From NCBI GenBank assembly GCA_964016885.1, contig OZ024740.1:276334001-276398000 (forward strand): 64,000 nt of DNA. Reading direction: 5' to 3'. The DNA comes from Eledone cirrhosa (lineage: Eukaryota). Shown here piece after piece: positions 31,975 through 45,801 of the stretch; positions within the stretch are counted from its first letter, which is position 1, and each line of letters opens with the position of its first letter. The position numbers and the translations under genes were made by a program. Below the pieces are notes generated by a model. It was not told the DNA's origin. It saw only the letters and a list, made by a program, of their open reading frames with translations, and did not search any database.

Positions 31975-32345
31975 GATCGGACGCCATGCTTTCCAGCATA
32001 GTTACGTCCCTTTACGATCTGAGTTCAAATCCCGCCGAGGTTGACTTTGCCTTTCATCCTTACGGGGTCGATAAAATAAAGTACCAGTAATGCACTGGGT
32101 ATTTTCTGGCCTCGTGCCTAAAGTAGAAACAATTATTATTATTATTTTAAGGTGGTGAATTGGCAGTATCGGTAGAAAGTCGGACGCCATGCTTTTCAGC
32201 ATAGTTACGTCCCTTTACGGTCTGAGTTCAAATCCAGCTGAGGTTAACTTTGCCTTTCATCGTTACGGGGTGGATAAAATAAAGTACCAGTAATGTACTG
32301 GGTAATTGCTGGCCTCATGCCAAAAGTAGAAACAATTATTATTAT
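31975..32345 (+). mobile_element. Two tandem family-A SINEs, preceded by degenerate copies from ~31660
   Basis: Near-consensus sequence. Confidence 0.85.
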
Positions 32346-34442
32346 TTTAATTGTTTTTGAACAACAAGAAAAGTACTGTACAACTGTATTGTGAATCTGT
32401 TTAGGCATTACACTACATATATAAGAAAATGAGTTAAATTGAATGTAGGAATAAGTTTAAATTATATGTCTTGCTGTGAAAATGTAAACAAATGTAAACA
32501 CATTAGTATTTTCTCTGCAAATAGAAAAATATTCAGATTGCCTTTACATGTTTCACAACTTATTGGTTGTTCATCATAAAACAAGTGTCCTCATTTCTTT
32601 CCACAAAGAGAACAATATATGTATGTGTGTATGCACATACGTGCACACACACAAACACACTTATATAAAATAAGGGAACACAAGGTCATGTCACAACCAC
32701 TTTGTGCTAATGTTGACAAGGAAATAATAATTTAATTTCTTCCTCCCTCCCTAATCACAGTCAATGTTGACAAGATGTTCAGTGGTCATGTAGCAGCTAT
32801 CCATAGCTACCTACCTATGCATCTATTTATCTTCAAACAATTGATACAATATCTATTCATCTACTTAGATATCTGTCTGTCTGTCTACATATTTGTATAT
32901 CTGTCTGTCTACCTGTCAATCTATATATCAACCTCTCTATCTGTCTGCCTGTCAATCAATAATTATTTTTTTAATGTATATTTGCCAATATATCTATCTT
33001 CAGACAAGAACAATAACAACAAGCCCCAAATGCTAATCAGTAAAAAAATTGATAGTTATAAAGATACAAGAGTTCTTGTCTGATGACCCTGTGATAAGCA
33101 GGTGGAACTCCAGAGAAACAAGTTTGTAGAAGTACATGTATGTGTATGTGCATATTTTTATGTATATGTCTATTTCTGTGTTTGTGTGTGTATGTTCACT
33201 ATGTAAACAGACTGGACATTAAAATTGTTTTGCCCTTTATTTTTTGAGCCAATATTGAAATATCAAAAAACTTTTGCATTAAATCAAGAGGGCATAGACA
33301 TTTTTTTATCTCAGAAGAATCAGAAATGACATTCAAGCAGTCTTGTGTTCTTCACAATCAAGCTTCTCTTTCTAATCAATTTCATTTTGCTTTTAATCTA
33401 TTGATAGTATTGAATTACCTACCTATCTTTCTCCCCCTTTTCTGTTTGCCTGCCTCTCATTTTCCCTCTCCTCTCCCTGCAATTCATTCACCACATTATT
33501 ATATCTCTCTCTACCCACTCACACACATTCCTACACTAACATACTACCTCTTATTTCCCTCTAGTCCCTTTTTATAAACAATACATTCTGATTTTCTATA
33601 GAAGTTTTACCTCAGAGAATGTTGTAATGAAATCTTCATTGCTTTTCATTTGGTTGTAAAGGATAGGATTAAACACATAAGTATAATAATTAGAATGCCT
33701 TCTCTCTTTACCTATCTCTCTGCTTACCTCTAAAACTATCTATCTTTCTCACTTTAGCTCTCTCTCTCTCTCCTCATATATGACATATACGTTTTTTTCC
33801 ATTCTTGTTTAAGATGGGTATATATATATATATATATTTCTCAACCTGTCCATCTTTCTAGCTATCTTAGTTATCGGACAACATGCTTTGTGACATATAG
33901 TTACGTCCATTTACCTTCTGAGTTCAAATTCTGTCAAGGTTAGCTTTGCCTTTCATCCTTATGGGATTGATAAAATAAAGCAGCAGTAATACACTGGGGT
34001 TGATTTAATCAACTTTCCCCTCACCCCAAATTGATGGCCTTGTGCCAAACATAGAAACAGATATTTAGATACAGCCCTTTATATTCTGAGTTTCAAGTCA
34101 CATCAAGGTTGAAGTTTGTGTTTCATCCTTACCCCTGTTAAGAAAATAATGTATCTATCAAGTACTGGTTTAATGTAATCAGCTGTTCCCCTTCAGAAGG
34201 TGTGGCCTTGTGACTATATTAGAATTGATTATTATCATTATTACTAGCTGATTCCCATCTCCCCCACTCCACCTCTCTCTCCTTCCCTATTTCCCCTTCT
34301 CTCACATGCTCTCACACAGACATACTTTTTCTATACTTGTTATTACATGTGATTTTGGTGTTGCTGCTATTTAGCCAATTCTGGCTGAAGCCTATGAAAA
34401 TTACTACCCTTACCACCTCCCCCCACTCTGTCTCTCTCACCG

Positions 34443-34492
<50 letters not shown>

Positions 34493-34535
34493 GCCTTCTC
34501 TCTCTCTCTCTCTCTCTCACTCTCACCGCCTTCTC

Positions 34536-34569
<34 letters not shown>

Positions 34570-35128
34570 ACCGCCTTCTCTCTCTCTCTCTCTCTTGCAC
34601 ACACATTTTTACCATCCCCTTTCCATAAACACATGAGATCACCACCCACCCTCTCTTTCACACAGACACAAACTCTTAGCATCTTCTTTCCAGCATGACA
34701 GACATTTTACACCACAGAAACACCAATTTTAATATAATAAATTATCATCATCATTATTATTATTTTTATTATTATTTAGCCATTTATTTCGTCTTACTTC
34801 CAATATACATTGGATTTGTTGTAGAAAACCTGACATCATTGTTTTGGTTATGGGAAGGTTGGTACAATGCCAGCAATGTATATATTGCTACTTTGCAAAG
34901 TAATAATATTAGTAGTGGTAATTGTTATTGTTGTAGTGGGCAGTGGTAGTAGTGATGATGTGGATGGTAGAAGTGATAGTTGCAGTGGCGGTGTTGGTGT
35001 GTTGTTTTATTGTGGGTAGTGGTGTTGGTGGTGGTTGTGGTAGTGGTCATACAATTATTTTTGAGCATAACTGATAAATCTGGCATAACTGTATATGTGT
35101 GTGCATGATTACATGATTGCATGCATGC

Positions 35129-35160
<32 letters not shown>

Positions 35161-35444
35161 ATGTGTATGTATGTATGTAAGTATGTGTGTGTGTGTATGC
35201 GTGTGTCTAGCTTCAGACCTTTTATTTATTTATTATTTATTATTGTTTTTCTAAATTATATTATCGAAGGGTCAGTCTGCCTATGTAGGCAAACACTTTG
35301 GCTAGATGCCCCCCTGCCCCTCTGTCTCTTCCTCACTCCTTCCCTTTCATTCTTCTCTGCCCTCTACACACCCCTTCTCCCAACCCAACCTCATGACCTC
35401 TCCATCCTACCCTTGCCCCACACATACACTTGCAGATAATCAGT

Positions 35445-38400
35445 TAGCGGCCCATTGGTTGGTTGGTAGGTTGGTGGTGGTTGTAACGGTGGTGTGGTGT
35501 AGCGGCCCATTGGTTGGTAGGTAGGTAGGTGGTGGTTGTAATGGTGGTGTGGTGTAGCGGCCCATTGGTTGGTAGGTAGGTTGGTGGTGGTTGTAATGGT
35601 GGTGTGGTGTAGCGGCCCATTGGTTGGTAGGTAGGTTGGTGGTGGTTGTAATGGTGGTGTGGTGTAGCGGTCCATTGGTTGGTAGGTAGGTTGGTGGTGG
35701 TTGTAATGGTGGTGTGGTGTAGCGGTCCATTGGTTGGTAGGTAGGTTGGTGGTGGTTGTAATGGTGGTGTGGTGTAGCGGTCCATTGGTTGGTAGGTAGG
35801 TAGGTGGTGGTTGTAATGGTGGTGTGGTGTAGCGGTCCATTGGTTGGTAGGTAGGTTGGTGGTGGTTGTAATGGTGGTGTGGTGTAGCGGTCCATTGGTT
35901 GGTAGGTAGGTTGGTGGTGGTTGTAATGGTGGTGTGGTGTAGCGGCCCATTGGTTGGTAGGTAGGTTGGTGGTGGTTGTAATGGTGGTGTGGTGTAGCGG
36001 TCCATTGGTTGGTAGGTAGGTTGGTGGTGGTTGTAATGGTGGTGTGGTGTAGCGGCCCATTGGTTGGTAGGTAGGTTGGTGGTGGTTGTAATGGTGGTGT
36101 GGTGTAGCGGTCCATTGGTTGGTAGGTAGGTTGGTGGTGGTTGTAATGGTGGTGTGGTGTAGCGGCCCATTGGTTGGTAGGTAGGTAGGTTGGTGGTGGT
36201 TGTAATGGTGGTGTGGTGTAGCGGCCCATTGGTTGGTAGGTAGGTTGGTGGTGGTTGTAATGGTGGTGTGGTGTAGCGGCTCATTGGTTGGTAGGTAGGT
36301 TGGTGGTGGTTGTAACGGTGGTGTGGTGTAGCGGTCCATTGGTTGGTAGGTAGGTAGGTGGTGGTTGTAATGGTGGTGTGGTGTAGCGGCCCATTGGTTG
36401 GTAGGTAGGTTGGTGGTGGTTGTAATGGTGGTGTGGTGTAGCGGCCCATTGGTTGGTAGGTAGGTTGGTGGTGGTTGTAATGGTGGTGTGGTGTAGCGGC
36501 CCATTGGTTGGTAGGTAGGTAGGTGGTGGTTGTAACGGTGGTGTGGTGTAGCGGCCCATTGGTTGGTAGGTAGGTTGGTGGTGGTTGTAATGGTGGTGTG
36601 GTGTAGCGGCCCATTGGTTGGTAGGTAGGTAGGTGGTGGTTGTAATGGTGGTGTGGTGTAGCGGCCCATTGGTTGGTAGGTAGGTTGGTGGTGGTTGTAA
36701 TGGTGGTGTGGTGTAGCGGTCCATTGGTTGGTAGGTAGGTTGGTGGTGGTTGTAATGGTGGTGTGGTGTAGCGGCCCATTGGTTGGTAGGTAGGTTGGTG
36801 GTGGTTGTAACGGTGGTGTGGTGTAGCGGCCCATTGGTTGGTAGGTAGGTTGGTGGTGGTTGTAATGGTGGTGTGGTGTAGCGGCCCATTGGTTGGTAGG
36901 TAGGTTGGTGGTGGTTGTAATGGTGGTGTGGTGTAGCGGCCCATTGGTTGGTAGGTAGGTTGGTGGTGTGGTGTAGCGGCCCATTGGTTGGTAGGTAGGT
37001 TGGTGGTGGTTGTAATGGTGGTGTGGTGTAGCGGTCCATTGGTTGGTAGGTAGGTTGGTGGTGGTTGTAATGGTGGTGTGGTGTAGCGGCCCATTGGTTG
37101 GTAGGTAGGTAGGTGGTGGTTGTAATGGTGGTGTGGTGTAGCGGCTCATTGGTTGGTAGGTAGGTTGGTGGTGGTTGTAATGGTGGTGTGGTGTAGCGGT
37201 CCATTGGTTGGTAGGTAGGTTGGTGGTGGTTGTAATGGTGGTGTGGTGTAGCGGCTCATTGGTTGGTAGGTAGGTTGGTGGTGGTTGTAACGGTGGTGTG
37301 GTGTAGCGGTCCATTGGTTGGTAGGTAGGTAGGTGGTGGTTGTAATGGTGGTGTGGTGTAGCGGCTCATTGGTTGGTAGGTAGGTTGGTGGTGGTTGTAA
37401 TGGTGGTGTGGTGTAGCGGTCCATTGGTTGGTAGGTAGGTTGGTGGTGGTTGTAATGGTGGTGTGGTGTAGCGGTCCATTGGTTGGTAGGTAGGTTGGTG
37501 GTGGTTGTAATGGTGGTGTGGTGTAGCGGTCCATTGGTTGGTAGGTAGGTTGGTGGTGGTTGTAATGGTGGTGTGGTGTAGCGGTCCATTGGTTGGTAGG
37601 TAGGTTGGTGGTGGTTGTAATGGTGGTGTGGTGTAGCGGCCCATTGGTTGGTAGGTAGGTTGGTGGTGGTTGTAATGGTGGTGTGGTGTAGCGGTCCATT
37701 GGTTGGTAGGTAGGTTGGTGGTGGTTGTAATGGTGGTGTGGTGTAGCGGTCCATTGGTTGGTAGGTAGGTTGGTGGTGGTTGTAATGGTGGTGTGGTGTA
37801 GCGGCCCATTGGTTGGTAGGTAGGTTGGTGGTGTGGTGTAGCGGTCCATTGGTTGGTAGGTAGGTTGGTGGTGGTTGTAATGGTGGTGTGGTGTAGCGGT
37901 CCATTGGTTGGTAGGTAGGTTGGTGGTGGTTGTAATGGTGGTGTGGTGTAGCGGCCCATTGGTTGGTAGGTAGGTTGGTGGTGGTTGTAATGGTGGTGTG
38001 GTGTAGCGGCCCATTGGTTGGTAGGTAGGTTGGTGGTGGTTGTAATGGTGGTGTGGTGTAGCGGCCCATTGGTAGGTAGGTAGGTTGGTGGTGGTTGTAA
38101 TGGTGGTGTGGTGTAGCGGCCCATTGGTTGGTAGGTAGGTTGGTGGTGGTTGTAATGGTGGTGTGGTGTAGCGGCCCATTGGTTGGTAGGTAGGTTGGTG
38201 GTGGTTGTAATGGTGGTGTGGTGTAGCGGTCCATTGGTTGGTAGGTAGGTTGGTGGTGGTTGTAACGGTGGTGTGGTGTAGCGGCCCATTGGTTGGTAGG
38301 TAGGTTGGTGGTGGTTGTAATGGTGGTGTGGTGTAGCGGCCCATTGGTTGGTAGGTAGGTTGGTGGTGGTTGTAATGGTGGTGTGGTGTAGCGGCCCATT

Positions 38401-38948
38401 GGTTGGTAGGTAGGTAGGTTGGTGGTGGTTGTAATGGTGGTGTGGTGTAGCGGCCCATTGGTTGGTAGGTAGGTTGGTGGTGGTTGTAACGGTGGTGTGG
38501 TGTAGCGGCCCATTGGTTGGTAGGTAGGTTGGTGGTGGTTGTAATGGTGGTGTGGTGTAGCGGCCCATTGGTTGGTAGGTAGGTTGGTGGTGGTTGTAAC
38601 GGTGGTGTGGTGTAGCGGCCCATTGGTTGGTAGGTAGGTTGGTGGTGGTTGTAATGGTGGTGTGGTGTAGCGGCCCATTGGTTGGTAGGTAGGTTGGTGG
38701 TGGTTGTAACGGTGGTGTGGTGTAGCGGCCCATTGGTTGGTAGGTAGGTTGGTGGTGGTTGTAATGGTGGTGTGGTGTAGCGGCCCATTGGTTGGTAGGT
38801 AGGTTGGTGGTGGTTGTAACGGTGGTGTGGTGTAGCGGCCCATTGGTTGGTAGGTAGGTTGGTGGTGGTTGTAATGGTGGTGTGGTGTAGCGGCCCATTG
38901 GTTGGTAGGTAGGTAGGTGGTGGTTGTAATGGTGGTGTGGTGTAGCGG
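35445..38948. repeat. 55-bp G/T-rich minisatellite array, ~3.5 kb, ~64 units
   Basis: Unit TAGCGGCCCATTGGTTGGTAGGTAGGTTGGTGGTGGTTGTAATGGTGGTGTGGTG, with occasional 59-bp and 40-bp variants. Confidence 0.98.
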
Positions 38949-39386
38949 AGTCAGATCAGGGTTTTGGTTTGGTCTGGTCTAGTCTGGTCTGGTGGTATGT
39001 TTTGGTGGGTCATAGTTACTGCAGTGAAAAACAGTCACTGATTTGAAGAGCTGCTGTTGGCTTGATTTCCTTTGCACTACTAATCAAGAAGAGCCATTAA
39101 TTATTGGTGTCTCTCTCCTCCCCCTCCCCTCTCCTCATCTCTCTCACACACACACGCACACACATACAAATAAACACACACACATATATACATACATGCA
39201 CACTCTCTCTCTCAATGCTCTCCCTTTCTCTTTCTTTCCTCTCCCTTACTCTGTTTTATCTGTTTACTTTGATCTCTTTTATCAATAAATTCTATTATAT
39301 TTTTATATCTACAAATCAAGGTTAAATGAATGTAGCACTCATATTTGGCTAATTTCAACTTAAAGGAGACACAAAGGTTTTTAGTG

Positions 39387-39782
39387 GGCTGGTTGGTTGA
39401 CTGGCTGGCTGACCGGTTGACTGGCTGACCGGTTGGGTGGCTGGCTGGCTGGTTTGTTGGCTGGAAGGCTGGCTGGTTGGAAGGCTGGCTGGCTGGCTGA
39501 TTGGCACGCTGGCTGATTGGTTGGCTGGCTGGCTGGTCGGTCGACTAGTTGGCCGGTTGGCTGGTTGGCTGACTGGTCGGTTGACTAGTTGGTTGGCTGA
39601 CTGGCTGACTGGTCGGTTGACTAGCTGGCCGGTTGGCTGGTTGACTAGCTCGTTGGTTGGTTGGCTGGTTGGAAGGCTGGCTGGCCGACTGATTGGTTGG
39701 CTGGCTGGTCAGTTGACTAGCTGGCCGGTTGGCTGGTTGGTTGGTTGGTTGGCTGATTGGTTGGCTGGCTGGCTGGTTGGTT
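39387..39782. repeat. Compound (GGCT/GGTT/GACT)n tetranucleotide tract
   Basis: Direct reading of the sequence. Confidence 0.9.
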
Positions 39783-40244
39783 AACTTGGTGCAGTGTGGG
39801 AGTGGGCCAAAAATTGATGGTAGTGATGATGGTGGAGGGGATGGGACATAGAAAGAAACCAGAACTGAAATACAACTGAAATATGTGTATTACAACTTGT
39901 AGGGCTCCTAGGAAATATATTTTGCATTTGTTTGTTGGGGTTTTCCCTTCTGCAAAATATTGTGAAAATCAATAGACTATATTATGACAGTAATTGCTGT
40001 TGTTGTTCATTTCTCTTTGGTCAGTCCTGACTGTGCAGATCTATAATGATCTGCAAGAAATAGCAGCCAAACTTCCCTAAATTTCTACAATCTTGAAAAA
40101 GAGCAAGAAATTTTTATAATCTAGTTTTAGTTTTACTATGTCTGAAAAATATGGGTTGATTAGTGCTGGAATGCTTTTGATCATAACTGTTACCACCTCT
40201 GTATTTCTTTTCTATGCACTATGTATCTTGGACTACATGACATT

Positions 40245-41770
40245 GAGTTGAAATCCTGCCGAGGTTAGCTTTGCCTTTCATCCTTACAGGGTCGATAAAA
40301 TAAAGTACCAGTAATACACTCGGTTGATTTAATCAACCTTCTCCTCACTCCAAATTACTGGTCTTGTGCCTATAATCATTATTATTATAATTATCATAGG
40401 GCGGTGGATTGGCAGTATCGGTAGAGCGTCGGACGCCATGCTTTCCAGCATAGTTATGTCCCTTTACGATCTGAGTTCAAATCCCGCCGGGGTTGACTTT
40501 GCCTTTCATCCTTACGGGGTCGATAAAATAAAGTACCAGTAATGTACTGGGTAATTGCTGGCCTTGTGCCTAAAGTAGAAACAATTATTATTGTCATTAT
40601 TATTGTAGGGTCGGAGGTTGACTTTGCCTTTCATTCTTACGGGGTCGATAAAATAAAGTACCAGTAATGCACTGGGTAATTGCTGGCCTTGTGCCTAAAG
40701 TAGAAACAATTATTATTGTAGGGTCGGACACCATGCTTTCCAGTATAGAGTTACATCCCTTTACGATCTTAGTTCAAATCCCACCGTGATTAACTTTGCC
40801 TTTCATCCTTACGGGGTCGATAAAATAAAGTACCAGTAATGTACTGGGATAATTGCTGGCCTTGTGCCTAAAGTAGAAACAATTATTAATTATTATTGCG
40901 GTGGATTGGCAGTATTGGTTGAGAGTCGGACGCCATGCTTTCCAGCATAGAGTTACGTCCCTTTACGGTCTGAGTTCAAATCCCACCGATGTTAACTTTG
41001 TCTTTCATCCTTACTTGGTCGATAAAATAAAGTACCAGTAATACACTGGGTAATTGCTGGCCTTGTGCCTAAAGTAGAAACAATTATTGTTATATGGGGT
41101 CAATAAAATAAAGTATTCGCAATGCACTGGGGTCGACTTTCCCCTTCCCCAAAATTGCTGGCCTTGTGCCTGTATAAGAAACCATTATTAATTATTATTG
41201 TATGGGGTCGATAAAATAAAGTACTCGTAATACACTGGGGTTGATTTAATCGACTTCCCTCTATCCTCCGAATTTTTGGCCTTGTGCTTTAATCAGGAAC
41301 CACTATTGGCAGTATCGGTAGAGGGTCGGACGCCATGCTTTCCAGGATAGTTACGTCCCTTTACGATCTGAGTTCAAATCCCGCCGAGGTTGACTTTGCC
41401 TTTCATCCTTACGGGGTCGATAAAATAAAGTACCAGTAATGTACTGGGTAATTGCTGGCCTTGTGCCTAAAGTAGAAACAATTATTATTATTGAATTAAT
41501 GTGTTGTTACTAGCCTAAGAAGAAAATATAAGTGTCATAATTTTCTTTTTTCCTTGCATCCTATGTTTATGTAAGGAACTCTTCTTCTGGATTGGCAGTA
41601 TCGGTAGAAGGTCGGACGCCATGCTTTCCAGCATAGTTACGTCCCTTTACGATCTGAGTTCAAATCCCGCCGAGGTTTACTTTGCCTTTCATCCTTACGG
41701 GGTCGATAAAATAAAGTACCAGTAATGTACTGGAATAATTGCTGGCCTTGTGCCAAAAGTAGAAACAATT
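40245..41770 (+). mobile_element. Head-to-tail cluster of ~9 full and 5'-truncated family-A SINEs
   Basis: GTC(G/A)ATAAAATAAAGTA recurs about nine times, all on the + strand, joined by (ATT)n tails. Confidence 0.9.
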
Positions 41771-44007
41771 ATTTATTATTATTTATTATTATTTATTATT
41801 ATTATTGTTAGCAACCTATTCATCATCATCATCATCATCATCATCGTTGTTGTTGCTGCACTCGTCATTATTGTCATTCTTAATGTTCCTTAAAATGTAA
41901 TCTTGAGTGTCATTACCAACATTGAAGAATTTCACAGCAGTAATTACTTTTGTGCTTTCGCAGCTGATTCCTTTCGACAATCTATTTGATATCGACAATA
42001 TCTGAAGTGTTGAAGTAAACAGTGTTGTCCGTTAGATTTACTCTAGACAACAACTGACTGCAGAGAAGATATTAATGGGTCTTACTAAACAACCCCTTCC
42101 CTACACTACCCCTTCACTCTAGTATATGACATATCTTTCTCTAACAGTGACATATTTACCAAATTAACTCTTGTGATCTTCTTCCCCAGTATTTATTTGT
42201 GTGACGGTCTAGATTCTTTTCCTTCTTCTTCTGTCTATGACAAAGTGCAATGTAAGCCACCATGTAAAGCAACATAGGTGTGGTTGGAAGGGAAGGAGAA
42301 GAGGAATGGGGGTGGTGAGTAAATGGATCAAGTCAGAGCAAATGAGATTACTTCATGTCAGATCTATTTCTTTGAGGCTCTTTTGCCTATCTGTTTCCAT
42401 TACATGGTAAGGCCTCACACTACTAATCATTTCACTTATGGGTTAGCAGTAAGCAATAGTTATAAACACGCATGCACACACACACACACACACACACGCG
42501 TGCGCGCACACCCACTCACATACATCCACACCTTAAAAAATGTTAAAGTTTTGTTACACAAGATCTTTAAATTCACTTTATTTTGAGAGTTATAAGATGT
42601 AACCACAGCCCATATACTCTCTCCCTCCCTCTCTATTTCTATCTCTCTCTGCTACTACAATGTTTCTGCTCCTCCAAAATATTTTTCTTATCAATTACTT
42701 AAGAGGAAAGGTGGTACTTGTGAGTCTTTTCAGGGCCTTCAAGACTTGTAGGAAGTAGAGAAGAAACTATCCTCAAATGGAAGACTTGGTTAATATGCTT
42801 GCAAGAGAGTGGACTCAGCTAAAAACACCCACAATTGAAGATTCTAGTGTCAAGCCAGGTGATTAAATCTACCAGCTAATTAATGGAACAATCACCACAA
42901 GTCAACTCATCTGATGCACTAATCATTCTGCTAGTTTACTGCCCCAAACTAGATGAAAGGAAAATTGATCTTAGCAAAACTTGAACTAAGAATGCAAGGA
43001 GCCAGAATAAACCCCACAAGCTTTGTTTCTTCTGGCAGTTTGCTAAGAGCATGACAACCTCCCTTACAAAATATGCCTAGTGGTGTCAGGAAAGACATCA
43101 AGCCTCAGAAACCATGACAAAAATGGATTACACAAGAGAGATGTGGACTGAAGTTTCTAATTGTATACCAATCTCACCATTATTTAGACTATTCTATTTT
43201 AAAGTAGTGTAGTTAATACAAAGCATTGTGAGATATGTAGTAAAAGACAGAATTTTCAAAACGTTGGTACAAGGCGGTAGAAAGATATGATGGGCAAATG
43301 ATGACAAATAAAACAAAGGAAAGTTATGTTTTACCCAGTGTATTTTAACATATTTCAGGGCTATTACATCTTTTTCAAATGTAGAGCTGAATTAGTTCAA
43401 AACAAAACAGTACAAATGATCGATGTATTCTGTTTTACTTATACTCCTTGTATTGTGCAGTCATTTAGACCTTGCATTGAGCATTTCAGTCAATTCTCTT
43501 TCCAGCATTGTATTTCTATGAAATTCTTTGGGATTTTGGTAAATATTGTAAAGAGGTTAGTGATATTAAGAAAACCTGCCAATCAAAGAATCGGGAGGAT
43601 TTTTCAGCTGCATCAAAGAAATGTCAACCTCCTTAGTGCACACAGTAGCATATATGAATGTATGTAAATGAGATGTGAGCCACAAGTGTCTGAGAGAGTG
43701 CTATGATAAAATGCATCTGGCCCACTTGGAAGAGTGTGGGGATGTATGTAAGTAATATGTAGGCCCCAGTCAATGTATTGAAGAGGTCAATAGCTTTGAC
43801 TATTGATGAATTTGATCTGTGAAGACCTGTCCAACTCTCACTATCAGCGAAAATAGATGTTAAATGATGATGTTTATGAGGTTTACATGTACAGTAAAAT
43901 ATGGTGCTTGTATATATTTCTTCACACTTATTTTGCATATGAATACAAATATATTATGTCCACTCCTTTATACCCAGAACATCAACCCACTGGAACATTC
44001 TTCCTGC

Positions 44008-44235
44008 TTAACCTCTTGGCATTTAAACTGGATGTATCCGACCAGAATTCTCTCACCTCTTTCTGTTGAAACAAGCTGTAACCGGCCACTTATACTGATG
44101 TTAAGGTATGGTTCTCAAAATAAATAATATCAAAATCTCATAGATTCAATATATGTGAGATAATAATGTGAAATAAAGCCTTTACCACATAAATACAATA
44201 ATAAATATAGAGTAATGTAAATGTTAAAGGGTTAA
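44008..44235 (+). mobile_element. piggyBac-like MITE, copy 2
   Basis: TTAA|CCTCTTGGCATT ... TGTTAAAGGG|TTAA; internal match to copy 1. Confidence 0.8.
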
Positions 44236-45145
44236 ACTGAACAACCATGATAATCTCAGTAACTTCAGATTAACCTACATAAATCATGGGAGTTCTTCCT
44301 AGCTAAACCATAAATTCTGTCCCCCCACCCCAGTTTTTGTTCAATCTTTCAAAAACATCTATTTTGATCAATATTTAGGCCATAAGGATATCAAATTGGG
44401 CAGTAAGCAGCTGAATTATATGATAAATACATATCTGTAGAGAAACAGTACAGAATTTAACTGAAGATGTGTAAATGAGTAAATAATTACACTGGCATAT
44501 GTAATGATATCTAATTCAATTAGCTACCAATGTAAGAACTAATATTATGCATATTGGAATTTCTAATTTGCTGATACTACCATATTTGGTGGGTTTATAA
44601 AGCCATTAGTTGTGTACATCTCCAAATAGAGTTGAAACTTGAGTCAAAGCCTTCACTCTTTTTCAATCCATAGAGAAATATGTAAATAAGACACATATTT
44701 ACATATGTCAGGATAATTATTGGTACAATTACCCAGCTTTGATTAAATCTTGCACTAACCCAACCTAGCGTAGAAGATAGACGTTAAACGATGATGACGA
44801 TGATGATGATGATATATTTCTCATAAGGATGCAGGTATGGCAGTGTAGATAAGGAATTCACTTTGCAATTATATGGTTTCTGGTTCAGTTTCACAGCTTG
44901 GCTCTTTGAACAATGTTTCTTGGGCATTTTAAGCATAGCAGAGCCCATCCCTTTCTAGGTCTGAATACAACAGATTTCTTTCAGAGAAGGATTTAGAGTG
45001 AAAAAAGGGAAGTGAAAAAGAGATGTAGAGAAAGAATCAACCCCAGTACTTAACAGGTACTTTTTTTATCGACCTTGAAAGGAGGAAAGGCAAAGTTTAG
45101 CTTGGTGGGATTTAAACTTGGAGAGAAGAGAGTCAGAATGAATAT

Positions 45146-45526
45146 CATCATCATCACCACTCGTCGACTACTGTCGAGATGATGGATCTCACTCTCATGC
45201 CCCAGAATCCCCTGTCCCCCATCGCTGCCCCCAGGTCCTGTCTGCTGATTCCCGTATCCCTAGAGATAACGTCAGGGAATGACAGCTTCCTACTCCTAGT
45301 CAGGCTGGAGTCAGGGTTCCAGAGCAAGAGAGCGGATATGATTTCATTGCTGGCACGGTGACCGTGGCCAGCAAATTGAGCTCTCCGGGATTTTAGAAGG
45401 GCAGAGGCTCGAGGGAGTTTGCCATAGATTTTAGACAAGGTGGGATGTCGTTTCCAGGATAGGTTTTGCACTCTCATTAAAAGGCGGCTATATGTGCCAT
45501 CCAATCTCCTCTCAAGTTGTGATGTT
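45146..45526 (-). mobile_element. 5'-truncated RTE-like LINE 3' end with 11-bp TSD
   Basis: Open frame LDGTYSRLLMRVQNLSWKRHPT..RRAQFAGHGHR..W, then a (GAT)n tail; AGAATGAATAT at 45135-45145 and 45527-45537. Confidence 0.85.
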
Positions 45527-45585
45527 AGAATGAATATAATAAAACAGTCTATTCTATGTTCTAATGACTCTGCCAGGTCACTGCC

Positions 45586-45801
45586 TTAACCCTTTAGCAT
45601 TCACATTACTCTATATTTACTATTGTATTTTAACTGTAAATGCCTTATTTCACATAATTATCTCACATAATATCGAATGTACAAGATTTTGATATTATTT
45701 ATTTTGAGAACAATACCTTAACAACAGCATTACCGGTTTGAACAGAAAAAAGGTGAGAGAATTCTGGCCGGATATAGCCAGTTTAAATGCTAAAGGGTTA
45801 A
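45586..45801 (-). mobile_element. piggyBac-like MITE, copy 3
   Basis: TTAA|CCCTTTAGCATT ... AATGCTAAAGGG|TTAA perfect termini. Confidence 0.85.

Noticed and set aside
35391-38898. Long 260-620 aa Pro/Thr/His-rich ORFs
   Set aside because: They occur in all three minus frames because the 55-bp unit lacks stops on that strand; they are minisatellite artefacts.
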